From: Eledone cirrhosa
Taxonomy: Eukaryota
DNA: 64,000 nt
Assembly: GCA_964016885.1 (NCBI GenBank)
Contig: OZ024742.1
Span: 128,836,001 to 128,900,000, forward strand
Reading direction: 5' to 3'
Part shown: piece by piece, positions 36,505 through 49,087 of the stretch
Layout: each line of letters opens with the position of its first letter
Numbering within the stretch: the stretch's first letter is position 1
The notes under the pieces: model-generated
The model's input: the letters and a program-made list of their open reading frames with translations, nothing else
Told to the model about the DNA's origin: nothing
Databases searched by the model: none
Translations under genes and position numbers: made by a program

Positions 36505-36572
36505 CTCTGTCTGACGAATGATCTAGACGTATGTTAATATTGTCTAGCGTCCTGAAACCTATGGTAATGGAG
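36505..36572 (+). ncRNA. Minimal type I hammerhead ribozyme
   Basis: CTCTGT (stem I) - CTGACGA - ATGATCTAGAC/GTCTAGCGTCCT (stem II) - GAAA - ACC/GGT with TAT loop - GTA cut after 36566 - ATGGAG. Confidence 0.68.
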
Positions 36573-36664
36573 TAGTTATATATTGTTTTGTTCACTTTCT
36601 AATTAAATAGCTCTTTTCTATACATAGAGCACTCTTTTTTCCTTTGCTTTTTCTTCGCAAATAC

Positions 36665-36707
<43 letters not shown>

Positions 36708-36709
<2 letters not shown>

Positions 36710-36965
36710 CATCATTATCATCATCATCGTTTAACGTCTATCTTCCACGCTAGCATGGGTTTAGATGGGAATTGTCCCACTTGAGGCAAGATTGGTCGTC
36801 TTGCTCATATAGGACTGTCTGGCAGGTTTTCTACGGCTGGATGCCCTTCGTAACACCAACCACGTTTAGAGTGTGGACTGGGAGGTTTTTACCGTGTTAC
36901 CTACACGGCCACATTACAGCGTGGACTGTGTTTTTTTTTGTCGTGGCACCTACACGACCTCATTA
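36708..36965 (-). mobile_element. RTE 3'UTR and tail only
   Basis: (ATC)n plus sequence matching 17840-18090. Confidence 0.88.
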
Positions 36966-37149
36966 TATATATGCAAAAACAATGATGTTAAAACCAATGT
37001 ATGAGTGAATGTGTATGAGTGTATGTAGTTGAGGCACCGCCAGATGGATCTTGTGATTCAGCTAGATATATGCAATATACTCATCTCTGTCTCTTCCTCT
37101 CTTCCTTGTTTTCTTTCTTCCATCCATGCTTGCTCCCCTTTGGTAGGTA

Positions 37150-37990
37150 ACATCCTCTCCTTTCCAACATGAACTAGTTCCAACAGGGTGATGGATGAAA
37201 CTCTACTACAGTGGAGAGAGCTAGGTTTGTCAGTTCCCAATACTGATGAGGATAGATGGAAGCAGAGAGTATGGGGCAATCTGCATTCAAGTGATACCTT
37301 TAACTCTCTCTTTGATCAATCTGATCAATTTTCTAGGTGTCACCTACTTTCTGTAAGTACAAAATTCTTGCGACACTGGGTTAATGTCCTGCCTTTGACC
37401 AACATTGGTGGACTTCTCAGCATCTCTATTGGACTCAGAGTGGTAGCTGATGTCTGTAGTGGTCTGAGATGTCATTGTGGTAGGCCCTCAACTCCACAGG
37501 CCTCCATGGTTTGTCTTGCCACCTGAATGCTGGTCACTTCACCTGCTACACTGAGCTAAACCCGATCATTAAGTGGACCCTAGCTCGGGTAAATATCCCC
37601 TCAGTTCTGGAGTTGGCTGGATTATACAAAATTGATGGGAATAGACCAGATGGTCTTACCCTTTGTCCCTGGGTAAGAGGTAGATGTCTCATCTGGGATG
37701 TCATAGTCAGTGACTCTTTTGCTCCTTCCCACATCCAGTGGGTCATTACCCCTGTAGCCAAACAGAATAATATTATAAAGTACTGAGACTTATCGGTAAA
37801 CCATTTCTTCCAGCCTGTGGTATTTGAGACATTTGCTGGGCCGCGAACACCAAAGTTCTTCTCATCATTAGTGGTTCACCTTACCAAGGTGTCAGGTGAT
37901 GTCCATGAGGGTGCTTGGTTGTTTCAGCACCTTAGCCTCACCATTACCCATGGTAATGCTGTGTGTTGGCTTGGCTCAAAAGGTTTTGAT
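37150..37990 (+). mobile_element. CRE-clade (RLE) non-LTR retrotransposon C-terminal remnant
   Basis: CHCG..H.LSCHLNAG...SVLE..GL...DGNRPDGLTLCPWVRGRCLIWDV.VSDSFAPSH...FQPVVFETF...WLFQHLSLTITHGNA. Confidence 0.8.
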
Positions 37991-38494
37991 GACCCTTGTG
38001 CTGTTTAACCAATTGATACATTTAGTGTTTAATTGACGTTTTTTCCTTTTTTTTTCTCACTTTGGTTATATATCTTTGTGTATTATATATATATATATAT
38101 ATACAAGGTTCCTAGCAATAATTAATTGATTATATGTATGCACTTCTATTTAATCTTATATATTTGTTATATGATAATAAAATGTTATATAATAAAAAAT
38201 ATTTTCCGATTTCAGCCACAGATAAGTAAGGGGTGGTGGATAAAGTTTGTTTCATAGATCACAGGACATATCTGGCGTTTACTACCTTAATTATTGGCAA
38301 CTCTACCCACCCCCATGGTGGAAGATAGATACTACAAACATAATTTGAATCAGACCATAAAAGGGTGTAGCAACGTCAGATATATATGGATATCATTGAC
38401 GATGAATAGAATAAATATATTGTACAATCCACCAGATTCTTTGCATATATATATATATATCAAGACATTAGAGTTAGAGTTCAGGTTCACTCAC

Positions 38495-38820
38495 TGGTTT
38501 GTGTGTGTGGTCAGGTCAGGCTTCTGCCTGCTACTGGTACCATGTAACCTAGTACAACCTACTTCATGGTTGAGTAGTCAGCAACTAAACCAGCCTCCTC
38601 ACCAGACCCTGGTAAGCGGAACTCCAGCAACACAAATAAGAAGAACTGTTAAAGGGCGGATGAACTCCTTAGAGTCAACTTCCATCCACCCCAACTATGG
38701 GTTAAATTGCCTCCCCAAACCACAATTGGCCAATCATGGTTAATAAGACATGACCAAACCCAAACAGAAAGTGGTGGAGTGAAAAGGCCCTAGTCTGCTA
38801 TGACTAAGAGTGGTTGAAGA
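38495..38820 (+). repeat. Diverged copy of the unclassified repeat seen at 57603-58797
   Basis: GCTACTGGTACCATGTAACCTAGTACAA...CATGGTTG...ACTAAACC...AAAGGGCGGATGAACTC..AGAGTCAAC..CCATCC is shared. Confidence 0.55.
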
Positions 38821-39079
38821 TGGAGAGAAGAATAAAGTCAGTGAAGTATATCCCAGTGTATTTCTGGTACTTAGTACTGAATTTATTGACACATACTATA
38901 CCATGGACACTTGAATCCTGATGGAGTTGTAGGAGCACCATAATAATACATCGTGTGACACAGGCATTTAAACCTAGTGGATGTTATCTCTTTCCAAGCT
39001 TGAAAACAGGTGATTTCTTTCGGAGAGAAGGTGAAAGAGAACGAGTCTGAGAAAAGGATATAGAGGAAGAATCAGGCCC

Positions 39080-39222
39080 AGTAGTGGTACTTTATTTAGT
39101 GACCTTGAAAGGATGAAAGGCAAAGTTGAGCTCGGTGGGATTTGAACTCAGAACACAAAGAGATGGAGCAGATGCCACAATGCATTCTATCCAGATGTTC
39201 TAGCAACTGCCAATTCACTGCT
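39080..39222 (-). mobile_element. SINE family A
   Basis: GGTACTTTATT...AAGGATGAAAGGCAAAGTTG...GGATTTGAACTCAGAAC. Confidence 0.75.
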
Positions 39223-40093
39223 TTTATTGACACCTAGATGGAGGAAATACAAAGTCACACTGACATAACATTGAAATAGAAGACTTACTTTTTGACTAAA
39301 CAGTCTAATAATAACGGGATGTATAAAGCCACTGAATGGGAAAAGATGGGCATCAGCACGGATGGGAATTGAACCCTTATTTGCCTGACAAGTATACTAC
39401 CAATGTAAGGATGTAACATGGATGTATCATGAATGTAACATGTAACATGGTATTTAGCCTTGTGCGCTGCCATTTATGAAACTGCATCAACCTGATTATG
39501 ATAGATCTTCTGCCGGTTGTGACAATGAGCATTCAGTTATTTGATCAACTGAGTTACCTTCTCCATATTTCTAATGCAATACACTTCCTATGTGTTTTGA
39601 TTAATTTTGAAAATAATAACAACAAATTTGAAGGAATTGATTAAAGTAATTAAGTTTTTCATGAGTAAACTGATATTTAGAACATTTTTTAACATAACAA
39701 AGATTTCTAAAATAAAATTATGATGCATGGTTTTAATATAAGGATTATGTCTTCAATTTTGTTCCAGAGTTAAGGTTGTTGAAAGTATAACACTAAAAAA
39801 CACATAACCAGCAGAATAATATCTATTATATTAAAGCAGGTGTATCTGTGGTGTAAAACATCTGTAATGCTCTGGAAAGGTGATGATAAAAGTGAATGTG
39901 TGACAAACTGAGAGAGCAACAATAATGGTGCTGAATTTTTTTTTTTTTTTACATTTTTAATCTACTGTACGAAAAATATTTTGTATCTTCAAATTATAAA
40001 TGAATAAAATATTTCATTTTGGTCATTTGATGTTGAAGATTAATTTTGTTGTGTATATGTAATTAAGTACCATACTTGTGTTTATATATGTTT

Positions 40094-41068
40094 ATCATCA
40101 TCATTATCATCATCACCATTTTACATCTATTTTTCCATGATTGCATGGGTTGAACAGGTCTTTTGCAGCATAGCATCCCTCCACTGATTGTGGTCTTTTA
40201 TCTTGGTTATAAGCTGCAGTGATTTGATATCATCTCTCACAACCTCTGCCCAGGTCTCACTTGGTCTCTCTCTCTACCCTTCACTGGGATTTCTTGCCAC
40301 TTCTTCATCCAATGATCATCATCCATACACATCACATGATCATACCTGTGCAGTCTTCTACACTCTATATCTGATTCCCCTTATATCCAGCTTTTCTTTT
40401 AGTTCACTCATTCCCATTAGTGTGACACACCATCAGAGCATATTCACTTTATTTATTTCTAGTCTTTACATATCTTCTGCATTTATTGCCCATCTCACTA
40501 TCATGTAACATCACACATTACACATCATACAACCAGCCTTTCTTTTGGAGAGAGAAACTTTTTGTTGTCAACAGAGGTAGTAGCTCCCTGAACTTTTTCC
40601 ATCCTGATCTTACCTTAGCCATAATGTTCTTGGTACATCATTATCCATCGCTAATTTGATCACTTTGGCTTCAGAAACTATCAACCAATTTTATGGAGGC
40701 TTCCTGGAACTGGGAAAAGTTTGTTTTACTAATGCTCTTACTACTAATTATCTCTGTACATCTGCCACACACAAAGTTTACTTTTTCTGTTAGTCTGCCT
40801 GCAATCCCACTACACCTCTTATGTACCCAAAATTTACATTGTGCAGATCATACAGAGTTACTACTTATTCCTTTTCTACATATTGACATACTGAGCAGGG
40901 CCACTTGTCTTTCCTGCTTACCAAAAATTTAGTTTATCCCAAGTTTACTCTAAAACATCTATTTCCAAAGCTGGAATATCTTCTAGCTCTTCTGCTGGAG
41001 TCAGCTTTAAAAACTAGATTGTCAGCATACAGAAATTCCCATCGACAACCTGTTTTAGAATCTGTTAT
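40094..41068 (-). mobile_element. Older decayed RTE LINE (RT core to tail)
   Basis: (ATC)n tail at about 40094; remnants of [38 protein letters not shown]. Confidence 0.8.
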
Positions 41069-41729
41069 GACCATGTTTATATGCCATCATATTGATGCTT
41101 CTGAAGATGTACAACAATCACTGATACTGTTTCCTTTATTTTATTTTATTATATTGCCCTAGCATTGATATCATTTGAGTGATGTACTGAAACAATTGTA
41201 AAGTATTAAATGATTTAAGAACCCTATTATATCATCTGAATTTATTATATATATATAACTTTAATTTTGATAACTTTGATAGGTTTTGGCCAGTAATGGC
41301 CCAGGCCATGTCCAACTTAATAGCTTATATATAAAATATTTAAAATAACATATTAATCTTTAATACGTGATTGTTTTTAATTACACCATGCACTTTCCAC
41401 GACTTCAGTTAGTAATAATTGCAGCAGTTACAAAAACAAAAAACAAAACAAAAAAACAAAAATCAATGATAATACGAAAATCACAGAAAAAATATATTCC
41501 ATGGCAACTTAAAAAGGAATAAAAAGCAAAGAACTGAGAATAAAGTTAAATGGCTCAGTAGTACTATTGCAGTTAAAGGTCAGATTTGGGGGAATATATT
41601 TTTTGAATTCATTTATTTATTTTTTAATGGGAGTCTACAGATTGCTAAATAACAGAAAAAGGTCATTTTCAGTAAGTTATATGAACAAACTAAGGGAGGT
41701 AACTAAGTTTTTTTAATCATAAGTTAATT

Positions 41730-41850
41730 TACAATAATAATGAAATTATTGTGTACAGTGCTCAGGTGCACTACAACTCATCAAAGGTGCATGTATAGTA
41801 CATAGAATAATAAAGTGTCAGGAAAATGAACAGTGTATGAGTCATGATAT
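41730..41850 (-). mobile_element. CR1-type LINE 3' terminus only
   Basis: Diverged duplicate of 41860-41980 (TGTGTACAGTGC.CAGGTGCAC.ACAACTCATCAAA). Confidence 0.75.
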
Positions 41851-43078
41851 AATAACAATAACAATAATGAAATATTGTGTACAGTGCCCAGGTGCACCAC
41901 AACTCATCAAAAAAGTGCATGTACAGATCATAGGGCAATGCACAAACATCAGTAAAATGAACAGTGCACGAGTCATGATACACACATGTGTGCATGTGTA
42001 TGGAAGGGGTACATCAGGTGTAGTTTTGGCGTATTTCGGGAAGCATGAGTGTCTTAAAGGATGCAGTGTCTCGGCAGCTAACAATTGACGCAGGCAGTTT
42101 GTTCCATGCTTCAGCAACTCTGAGCGTAAAAAAATGTCTACGAAAGTCATGGGAGCTGTGCTGTTTTCTGATCTTGTAGGCATGTCCACGTGTGTTAGAC
42201 ACATGGAGATCAAAGAGGCGCTCAGGGTTGCAATTGGCGAGATGGTTAAAAACTTTGTGGGTATTCACCAAGTCCATTGCCAGACGTCGGAGCTTCAATG
42301 AATCCATGCCCAGGGAAGCAAGGCGTTCAGAGTATGGTAGGTGTCTGATGGAGGGTATGCGCTTGGTTGCACGTCTCTGAACAGTTTCCAGGAGGTCAAT
42401 GTTCTGAGCAAGATAGGGGTTCCAGACTGATGATGCGAATTCCAAGTGTGGTCACACCATAGCTGTATACAGTTTTAAATAGATGGCTGGGGAGCGGCTA
42501 ACAAAGGTCTTGCTGAGTGATGCCAAGACACCCTCGGCCTTCTTGACAATCTTAGAGACATGCTTTGTCCAACGCAAATCGTTGCTGACAGTAATGCCCA
42601 GGTCACGTTCACAAGAGGACTTTTTGATATCAGTGTTGTGGAGGGAGTATGTGGACGCTGGATTTTTCCTTCCAAAATGCATGGTGGTACACTTGTCCAC
42701 AGCCAGCTTCAGTTGCCAGTCTGTGATCCATTGCTGCATTGTGTCCAGGTCTGATTGTAGGAAAGAGTTGTAAATTTCAGGATCAGTCCTTTTGATTTCA
42801 AGGTACAGCTTGATGTCATCTGCATATTTTAGTACCGTGGCATTCTGTAAGTTGGCATCTATGTCATTAATATATGCCACAAACAAAAGAGGACCAAGAA
42901 CAGATCCCTGTGGTACACCAGATGACATCTCATATGGTGAAGAATGCTGACCCAGAACCGTGACTACTTCTTTTCGGCTGAGAATGAAGGATTTCAACCA
43001 GTCGAAAAGATCATCCCTCACACCCATTGCAGAGAGTTTTGCCATAAGCCTTTTGTGTGGCACAGAATTAAAAGCCTA
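41851..43078 (-). mobile_element. CR1-clade LINE, 5'-truncated within RT
   Basis: AFNSVPHKRL...SGVPQGSVLGPLLF...KYADDIKL...ERDLGI...LEFASSVWNPY...NTRGH...FFTLRVAEAWNKLP; single in-frame TGA at 42452 (CGA>TGA-like); (ATT)-type tail. Confidence 0.92.
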
Positions 43079-43549
43079 ACGATTTGTTTAATTCTTAAAT
43101 GCCATGAGGCCTTAGTGTCTGATGGAATCGTAAGGGCACTCTTATCACGTATGGTGCTTCTTAGATATTTAAACCTGGTGAAGTCCATCCCTCTCCAGGT
43201 CAGAAGACAACTGATTTCTTTCTGAGAGAGTGAGTAAGGGAGAATTGACCCTAGTATTGGATAGGTATATTACATTTTAAAACTTGAATTGATGAAAGAC
43301 AAAGTTGACCTTGTATTCATTCCTGTTCAGAGAGCTAGAATGAAAACTGAGAAGCATTCTACCTGATGTTCTGATCACTTGGTCAATTCACAAACTACAA
43401 TTTCATAAATACTGCATAGAAAAGAAAATATTAATTTTTATGTAACAATGTTTTTGTTTTGAAACTTTAGAATAAAATCTTGGCTTATTATCAGAATTCC
43501 TATTTAATATATATAAATATATATAAAATACATAAAAAAATAAACACAA

Positions 43550-45135
43550 GATATGCAGGAAAATATGTAGATGGAGTGTTTGGAAGCTAAAGGCCCTCTC
43601 AGTTAAATATAGGTTTAGCAAGGCTCTACAGGATGCAGTAGATGAGAGGGATGACAATCTAGGTGCGTATAACGTAGAGGACATCTGTAAATTCTTATGT
43701 GAATTCTTCTATTACTAACTATTGATGAGACTTGTAGCTGGAGTAAGACACCAGCCAGAGGGTGACCTGATGGTGGAACAGCACAGTGGATAGAGCCATA
43801 AAAGTCAAGAGATGAGCATGGAAAGACTGGGAAAATGGGACTAGCAGAGACCAATACCAAGTAGCTAAAAGTGAAGCTAGACAATAGGTATAGACAGCTC
43901 AGAGAGAGGCTGAAGAAAGAAAGTTTGTTAATGTCTTGTAACATAAGGATCAGAGACGTAAAGTGTTTCACATTGCAAGGCAGTGTGTTAGTGTAAATTG
44001 AGATGCACTTAGCACCACGGATGTTCAAAATAAAGGGAATGTTACCATGAGAGATTTATGAATGTAAAGAATGAATGGGAGGAAGATAGTGACTACAATC
44101 AACTTACCCAACAGAAGGACCAGTTGTTGAAGTTGACAGTTAAAGAGTCAAAGAAGCAATCAAGAAGATGAAAAACAGTAAACCTGTGGGGATGTCAGAG
44201 ATACTTCCTGAGATGTTAAAAGCATCAGGAGAAGTAGGATTCAAACTATAAACCCGCATAGTCAATCAGGTAATACAGGAGAGAATCATACCCAATGACT
44301 GGTGCAACAGTACAACCATAAATTGCCACAAGGGAAAAGGTGATGTGCTAGAAAGGAGTAACTACAGAGGAATAAAACAAATAGACCAAGTTATAAAAGT
44401 GACAGAAAGAATTAAAGCTCAGCTAATTAGGAAAATAGTCAAATTAGACAAGATACAATTTGGTTTCATGCCTGAGAAAAGTACTATGAATGCCCTCGTC
44501 TTAAGTTCCTAGCTGAAAATAAGTCATGATATTTAGGTTTTGTTGATGTAGAAAAGGCCTTTGACAGAGTCCCTCAATCTATTATCTGGCGGTCTTTGAG
44601 GAAATTAGGTGTAAAAGAGTAGCTTGTGAGGGCAGTGCAAGCTGTGTACAGATGAGCTGTCAGTAAAGTGAGAGGAGGAAATGAGTTTAGTGAGGAATTC
44701 TAGGTACAGGAGGCAGTTCATCATGGTTCAGTTCTTAGCCCACTGCTCTTCATCATAGTTCTCCAGACCATAACAGAAGAGCTTAAAACTGGCTGTCTAT
44801 GGGAACTTCTCTATGCAGATGATCTGGTCTTAATAGCTGAATCCATAAAAGAACTATAAAATATGGAAACAGAATTTGGAATCAAAGGGTCTGAGAGAAA
44901 ACTTAGCCAAAAGTGTTAGTGAGTAAGAAAGAAAATAAGACCCTGATTCCTTCAGAGAAGTGGCCCTGCTCAATATGTAGAAAAGGAGTCGGAATAATCT
45001 CCATATGATGTATACAATTTAAATCTTGGGTACACAAGAGGTGTAGTGAGATAATAGGTAGACTAACGGGAAAGGAAGACCTATGCAAGCGTGGAAAAAC
45101 AGGCATAAAAACGATGATGATGATGATGATGATGA

Positions 45136-45139
<4 letters not shown>
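43550..45139 (+). mobile_element. Older decayed RTE LINE with internal deletion joining the PHD region to the tail
   Basis: Remnants [57 protein letters not shown]; (GAT)n tail then (TA)n. Confidence 0.85.
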
Positions 45140-45181
<42 letters not shown>

Positions 45182-45483
45182 TTATAGATATACATATATA
45201 TGTAAAAATTGGAAATAAATTAGAATTTTATTTCTCGCCCAAGCACAGCTGATACATAAATGTAAGTATGCATACGTACACACATATACACACATACACA
45301 CACAAACATACATACACACACACACATATACATATACATATGTACGTATGGGTTATATTGAACATTAATAATAATGTTCAATTCAATTTGTTTGTAAATA
45401 AATGGTCCGATTAAATCTGTGCTGTGCTGGTGACCGATCGTCATCCATTTGTTCAACACTGGCTTTGAGGAACAATTAGCATC

Positions 45484-45599
45484 TTTCTGGGTCATTACTC
45501 TTCATCAGGACTATATACCTCTCTGCCAATGTGTTGAACAGTTGAAAATATATAGTATTTTCTGAAATATACATCGGCTGAGTAACCTCATTTGCATAC
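45484..45599 (-). repeat. Left arm of an inverted repeat (partner 47551-47666) with hammerhead-like core
   Basis: Reverse complement matches 47551-47666 with about 3 differences. Confidence 0.85.
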
Positions 45600-45653
45600 C
45601 GAGTGAGTTACGGCTGACTTTGCTGAAAACTAAAATTCTAATTTTATTTTTAA

Positions 45654-46640
45654 CTAGCAGTAAAGCCCGGCGTTGCTCGGGGTCGCTCAGTAGCTGTGTT
45701 AAAGTTACAATGTTAAGTTTCTTTCTTGGCTTAAAAACTGTAGTGTCTACTGTGCAGACTTGCATGTGGTGTTTTTGATTAATATTCCCTCAACCAACAA
45801 TATGCCTTATGAAGTTAAGAAAACATAACGATAACCCGAATGTTATAACAAAAGAGGATGCTGGGGATAGAAACTGCACTGGTTATTTATTAACAAAGAT
45901 CGAAAATGTAAACACTGCAACGCAGAGAAAAACATTAGCGTAACCAAATTATCAGTTATGTCTGTCTGCACGCCTATATCACCTCTCTGCACGACTGTCT
46001 GTCTGCACGACTGTCTGTCTGCACGACTGTCTGTCTGCACGCCTATATCACCTCTCTGCACGACCGTCTGTCTGCACGCCTATATCACCTCTCTGCACGA
46101 CTGTCTGTCTGCACGCCTATATCACCTCTCTGCACGACTATCTGTCTGCACGCGTATATCACCTCTCTGCACGACTGTCTGTCTGCACGACTGTCTGTCT
46201 GCACGCCTAACGACGAAATATTTGCTTGTTTTACGTAGTCTTTAAATAGACTTGTTTTCAAGTAAAAATATTGTTTTAAAATGCTTTTAAATGGAAATGA
46301 AGCAAAACGGAAGCTTAGTGTTCGAACTGATGAATTTTGTTCGTGTATTGTGTTAATGTCATTTTAAACGCTGAGAAAGCCAGCGTAATTTTTTACGTAA
46401 GACGCTCAATGTAAACAGAACAAAGGGAAATAACTGATAACTTACGCTCAAAAATCGATACATTATATTCGATTTCGTCACATAGGGTGGGTCAATTTGA
46501 AATATTTTTTTTCCGATGTCTTCGCTAGGGCTCAATGTACAAGTATAGCAATTTCGGTGCAATTCCGTGAGAGATTCTAAGAGGAGATGTGTGCCAAAAA
46601 TCGATAGACAGACAGACAACCACAGTTTTATATATATAGA
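45654..46640 (-). mobile_element. Non-autonomous Helitron, unit 1
   Basis: Minus strand begins TCTATATATATAAAAC and ends CCCGAGCAACGCCGGG (hairpin) CTTTACTG-CTAG followed by T; internal 16/21-bp minisatellite 45960-46207. Confidence 0.88.
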
Positions 46641-47541
46641 CTAGCAGTAAAGCCCGGCGTTGCTCGGGGTCGCTCAGTAGCTGTGTTAAAGTTACAATGT
46701 TAAGTTTCTTTTTTGGCTTAAAAACTGTAGTGTCTATTGTGCAGACTTGCATGTGGTGTTTTTGATTAATATTCCCTCAACCAACAATATGCCTTATGAA
46801 GTTAAGAAAACATAACGATAACCCGAATGTTATAACAAAAGAGGATGCTGGGGATAGAAACTGCACTGGTTATTTATTAACAAAGATCGAAAATGTAAAC
46901 ACTGCAACGCAGAGAAAAACATTAGCGTAACCAAATTATCAGTTATGTCTGTCTGCACGCCTATATCACCTCTCTGCACGACTGTCTGTCTGCACGACTG
47001 TCTGTCTGCACGCCTATATCACCTCTCTGCACGACTATCTGTCTGCACGCGTATATCACCTCTCTGCACGACTGTCTGTCTGCACGACTGTCTGTCTACA
47101 CGCCTAACGACGAAATATTTGCTTGTTTTACGTAGTCTTTAAATAGACTTGTTTTCAAGTAAAAATATTGTTTTAAAATGCTTTTAAATGGAAATGAAGC
47201 AAAACGGAAGCTTAGTGTTCAACTGTTCGTGTATTGTGTTAATGTCATTTTAAACGCTGAGAAAGCCAGCGTAATTTTTTACGTAAGACGCTCAATGTAA
47301 ACAGAACAAAGGGAAATAACTGATCACTTACGCTCAAAAATCGATACATTATATTCGATTTCGTCACATAGGGTGGGTCAATTTGAAATTTTTTTTTTCC
47401 GATGTCTTCGCTAGGGCTCAATGTACAAGTATAGCAATTTCGGTGCAATTCCGTGAGAGATTCTAAGAGGAGATGTGTGCCAAAAATCGATAGACAGACA
47501 GACAACCACAGTTTTATATATATAAGTTTTATATATATAGA
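46641..47541 (-). mobile_element. Non-autonomous Helitron, unit 2 (head-to-tail with unit 1)
   Basis: Near-identical to unit 1, with fewer minisatellite units and small indels; 5' TC preceded by A. Confidence 0.88.
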
Positions 47542-47550
47542 TATAGATTA

Positions 47551-47690
47551 GTATGCAAATGAAGCTACTCAGCCGATGTATACTTCAGAAAATACTATAT
47601 ATTTTCAACTGTTCAACACATTGGCAGAGAGGTATATAGTCCTGATGAAGAGTAATGACCCAGAAACATGAGTTAGGACCACAGGACAGC
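47551..47690 (+). repeat. Right arm of inverted repeat with degenerate hammerhead motif
   Basis: GTC-CTGATGA-AGAGTAATGACCCA-GAAAC-ATGA-GTT-AGGAC; stems I and II imperfect. Confidence 0.6.
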
Positions 47691-48469
47691 CTATTTATAA
47701 TGACGGCTAGTTATTTTACTGATAGACAACAGATGGCTTTAGAATATGTTCTCCTTCCAAGGACTGGTGGCATAAATCAGGGAAAATTTATGTATTGTCT
47801 TCTCTGTGAAGTCGCAGGTCAATTTTCTTGGAGGCTGTGACCGTAAGGGAAAAGAAAACACCATGGGAAAATATTTCTTTCGCTGCAAATAGACTTGCTT
47901 CGGTACTGACTCATCTATGAAGAGCCGTCCAACTCTTGTTAGTAGGGAAAGCGAATGTTAAATGATGATGATGATGATGATGATGATAGACACACACATA
48001 TATATATAGAGAGACGCACACACACACATATATATAGAGAGAGACGCACACACACATACACACATATATATAGAGAGACGCACGCACACACACATATAGA
48101 GAGAGACGCACACACACATGTATATAAATGTGCCGGTATGAAGATATGTGGTTATGATCGTAATGTCATGAGTTCAATTCCTGTTCAAAGCATTTCCACA
48201 CTCTGTACCACGCTGAATCTTCCTGGGTACACGTGTCTATGAAATGTTCAGCTACTTGCACGGAAATTTCTCGAACAGGCAGCTCTGTTATTTGAACAGC
48301 TGGAACATTCATCGTCGTGACTGATGTTGGTCCAACGTATGTGTGTGCCTGATTGAATATTCTCCCTCGACGAAAACAATATCAATATTCTTTTTCTGCA
48401 TGTATTCTGGTCAATGTAAGGGAGATAACTACAGCTAGAATTTGTGTAATGTTTGTTTTCGTTAAACTC

Positions 48470-48640
48470 AAGAAATTGGAGTGTCTTCGGCCCCAGGGCT
48501 ACCTCCTTACTCACCAGCATAGGCGCTGAGCTGGCCAGCCGCAGGTGTGAGCCCCTGCGAGTTGGAGTGGCTTTTCCAGCGCGTCTCCCTTGCCGTCCTC
48601 CGGGGAAACACCTTCTCCATTCTGTCCGCCGGGCTGTGGG
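48470..48640 (+). mobile_element. CRE-clade retrotransposon extreme 3' remnant
   Basis: GVFGPRATSLLTSIG...ELEWLFQRVSLAVLRGN across a frameshift. Confidence 0.7.
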
Positions 48641-49087
48641 TGGGCCCCATCGCGTACCAATACATTAGTTAAATACCATTCATTCATCTTTAATGAATAT
48701 AGTAGTAATGTTCGGTTGCATTTTCTATTAACACAATCAAGATTTCTTTTAAATTGAAATATACTGAAATACGGATAAAATATGATGGAATTACATCATA
48801 ATCAGTTGATACACTAACCATTTAATAAAATACATAAGTAATTTGTTAAATGTTTGGAAAAAACTGTGAGACAAGAATTATAGATGTCGATGACGTAACA
48901 ATAAACAATATATTATTTTTCGTTTATTTCGTCTGATCGAGGATGATTTATTCATTGCTTTTATTGACGCCTGATCGAGGAAAAGTAAAGTTGAAATTCG
49001 AGGAATTAAAACTCATAACGTAAAGGTTCGTAACAAAATATCGCATAATTTTGAGCAAAATTTATTTACATAATTATGATATACAAT

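Larger units (their letters stand above)
36371..36604. repeat. Fold-back palindrome (about 105-bp arms, 14-nt spacer), Penelope pLTR-like
   Basis: 36377-36480 is the reverse complement of 36495-36598 with about 6 mismatches; bounded by (TA)n tracts. Confidence 0.9.

Noticed and set aside
41494-41508. Isolated X-box half site CCATGGCAAC
   Set aside because: Poor left half and no nearby exon or CpG cluster.
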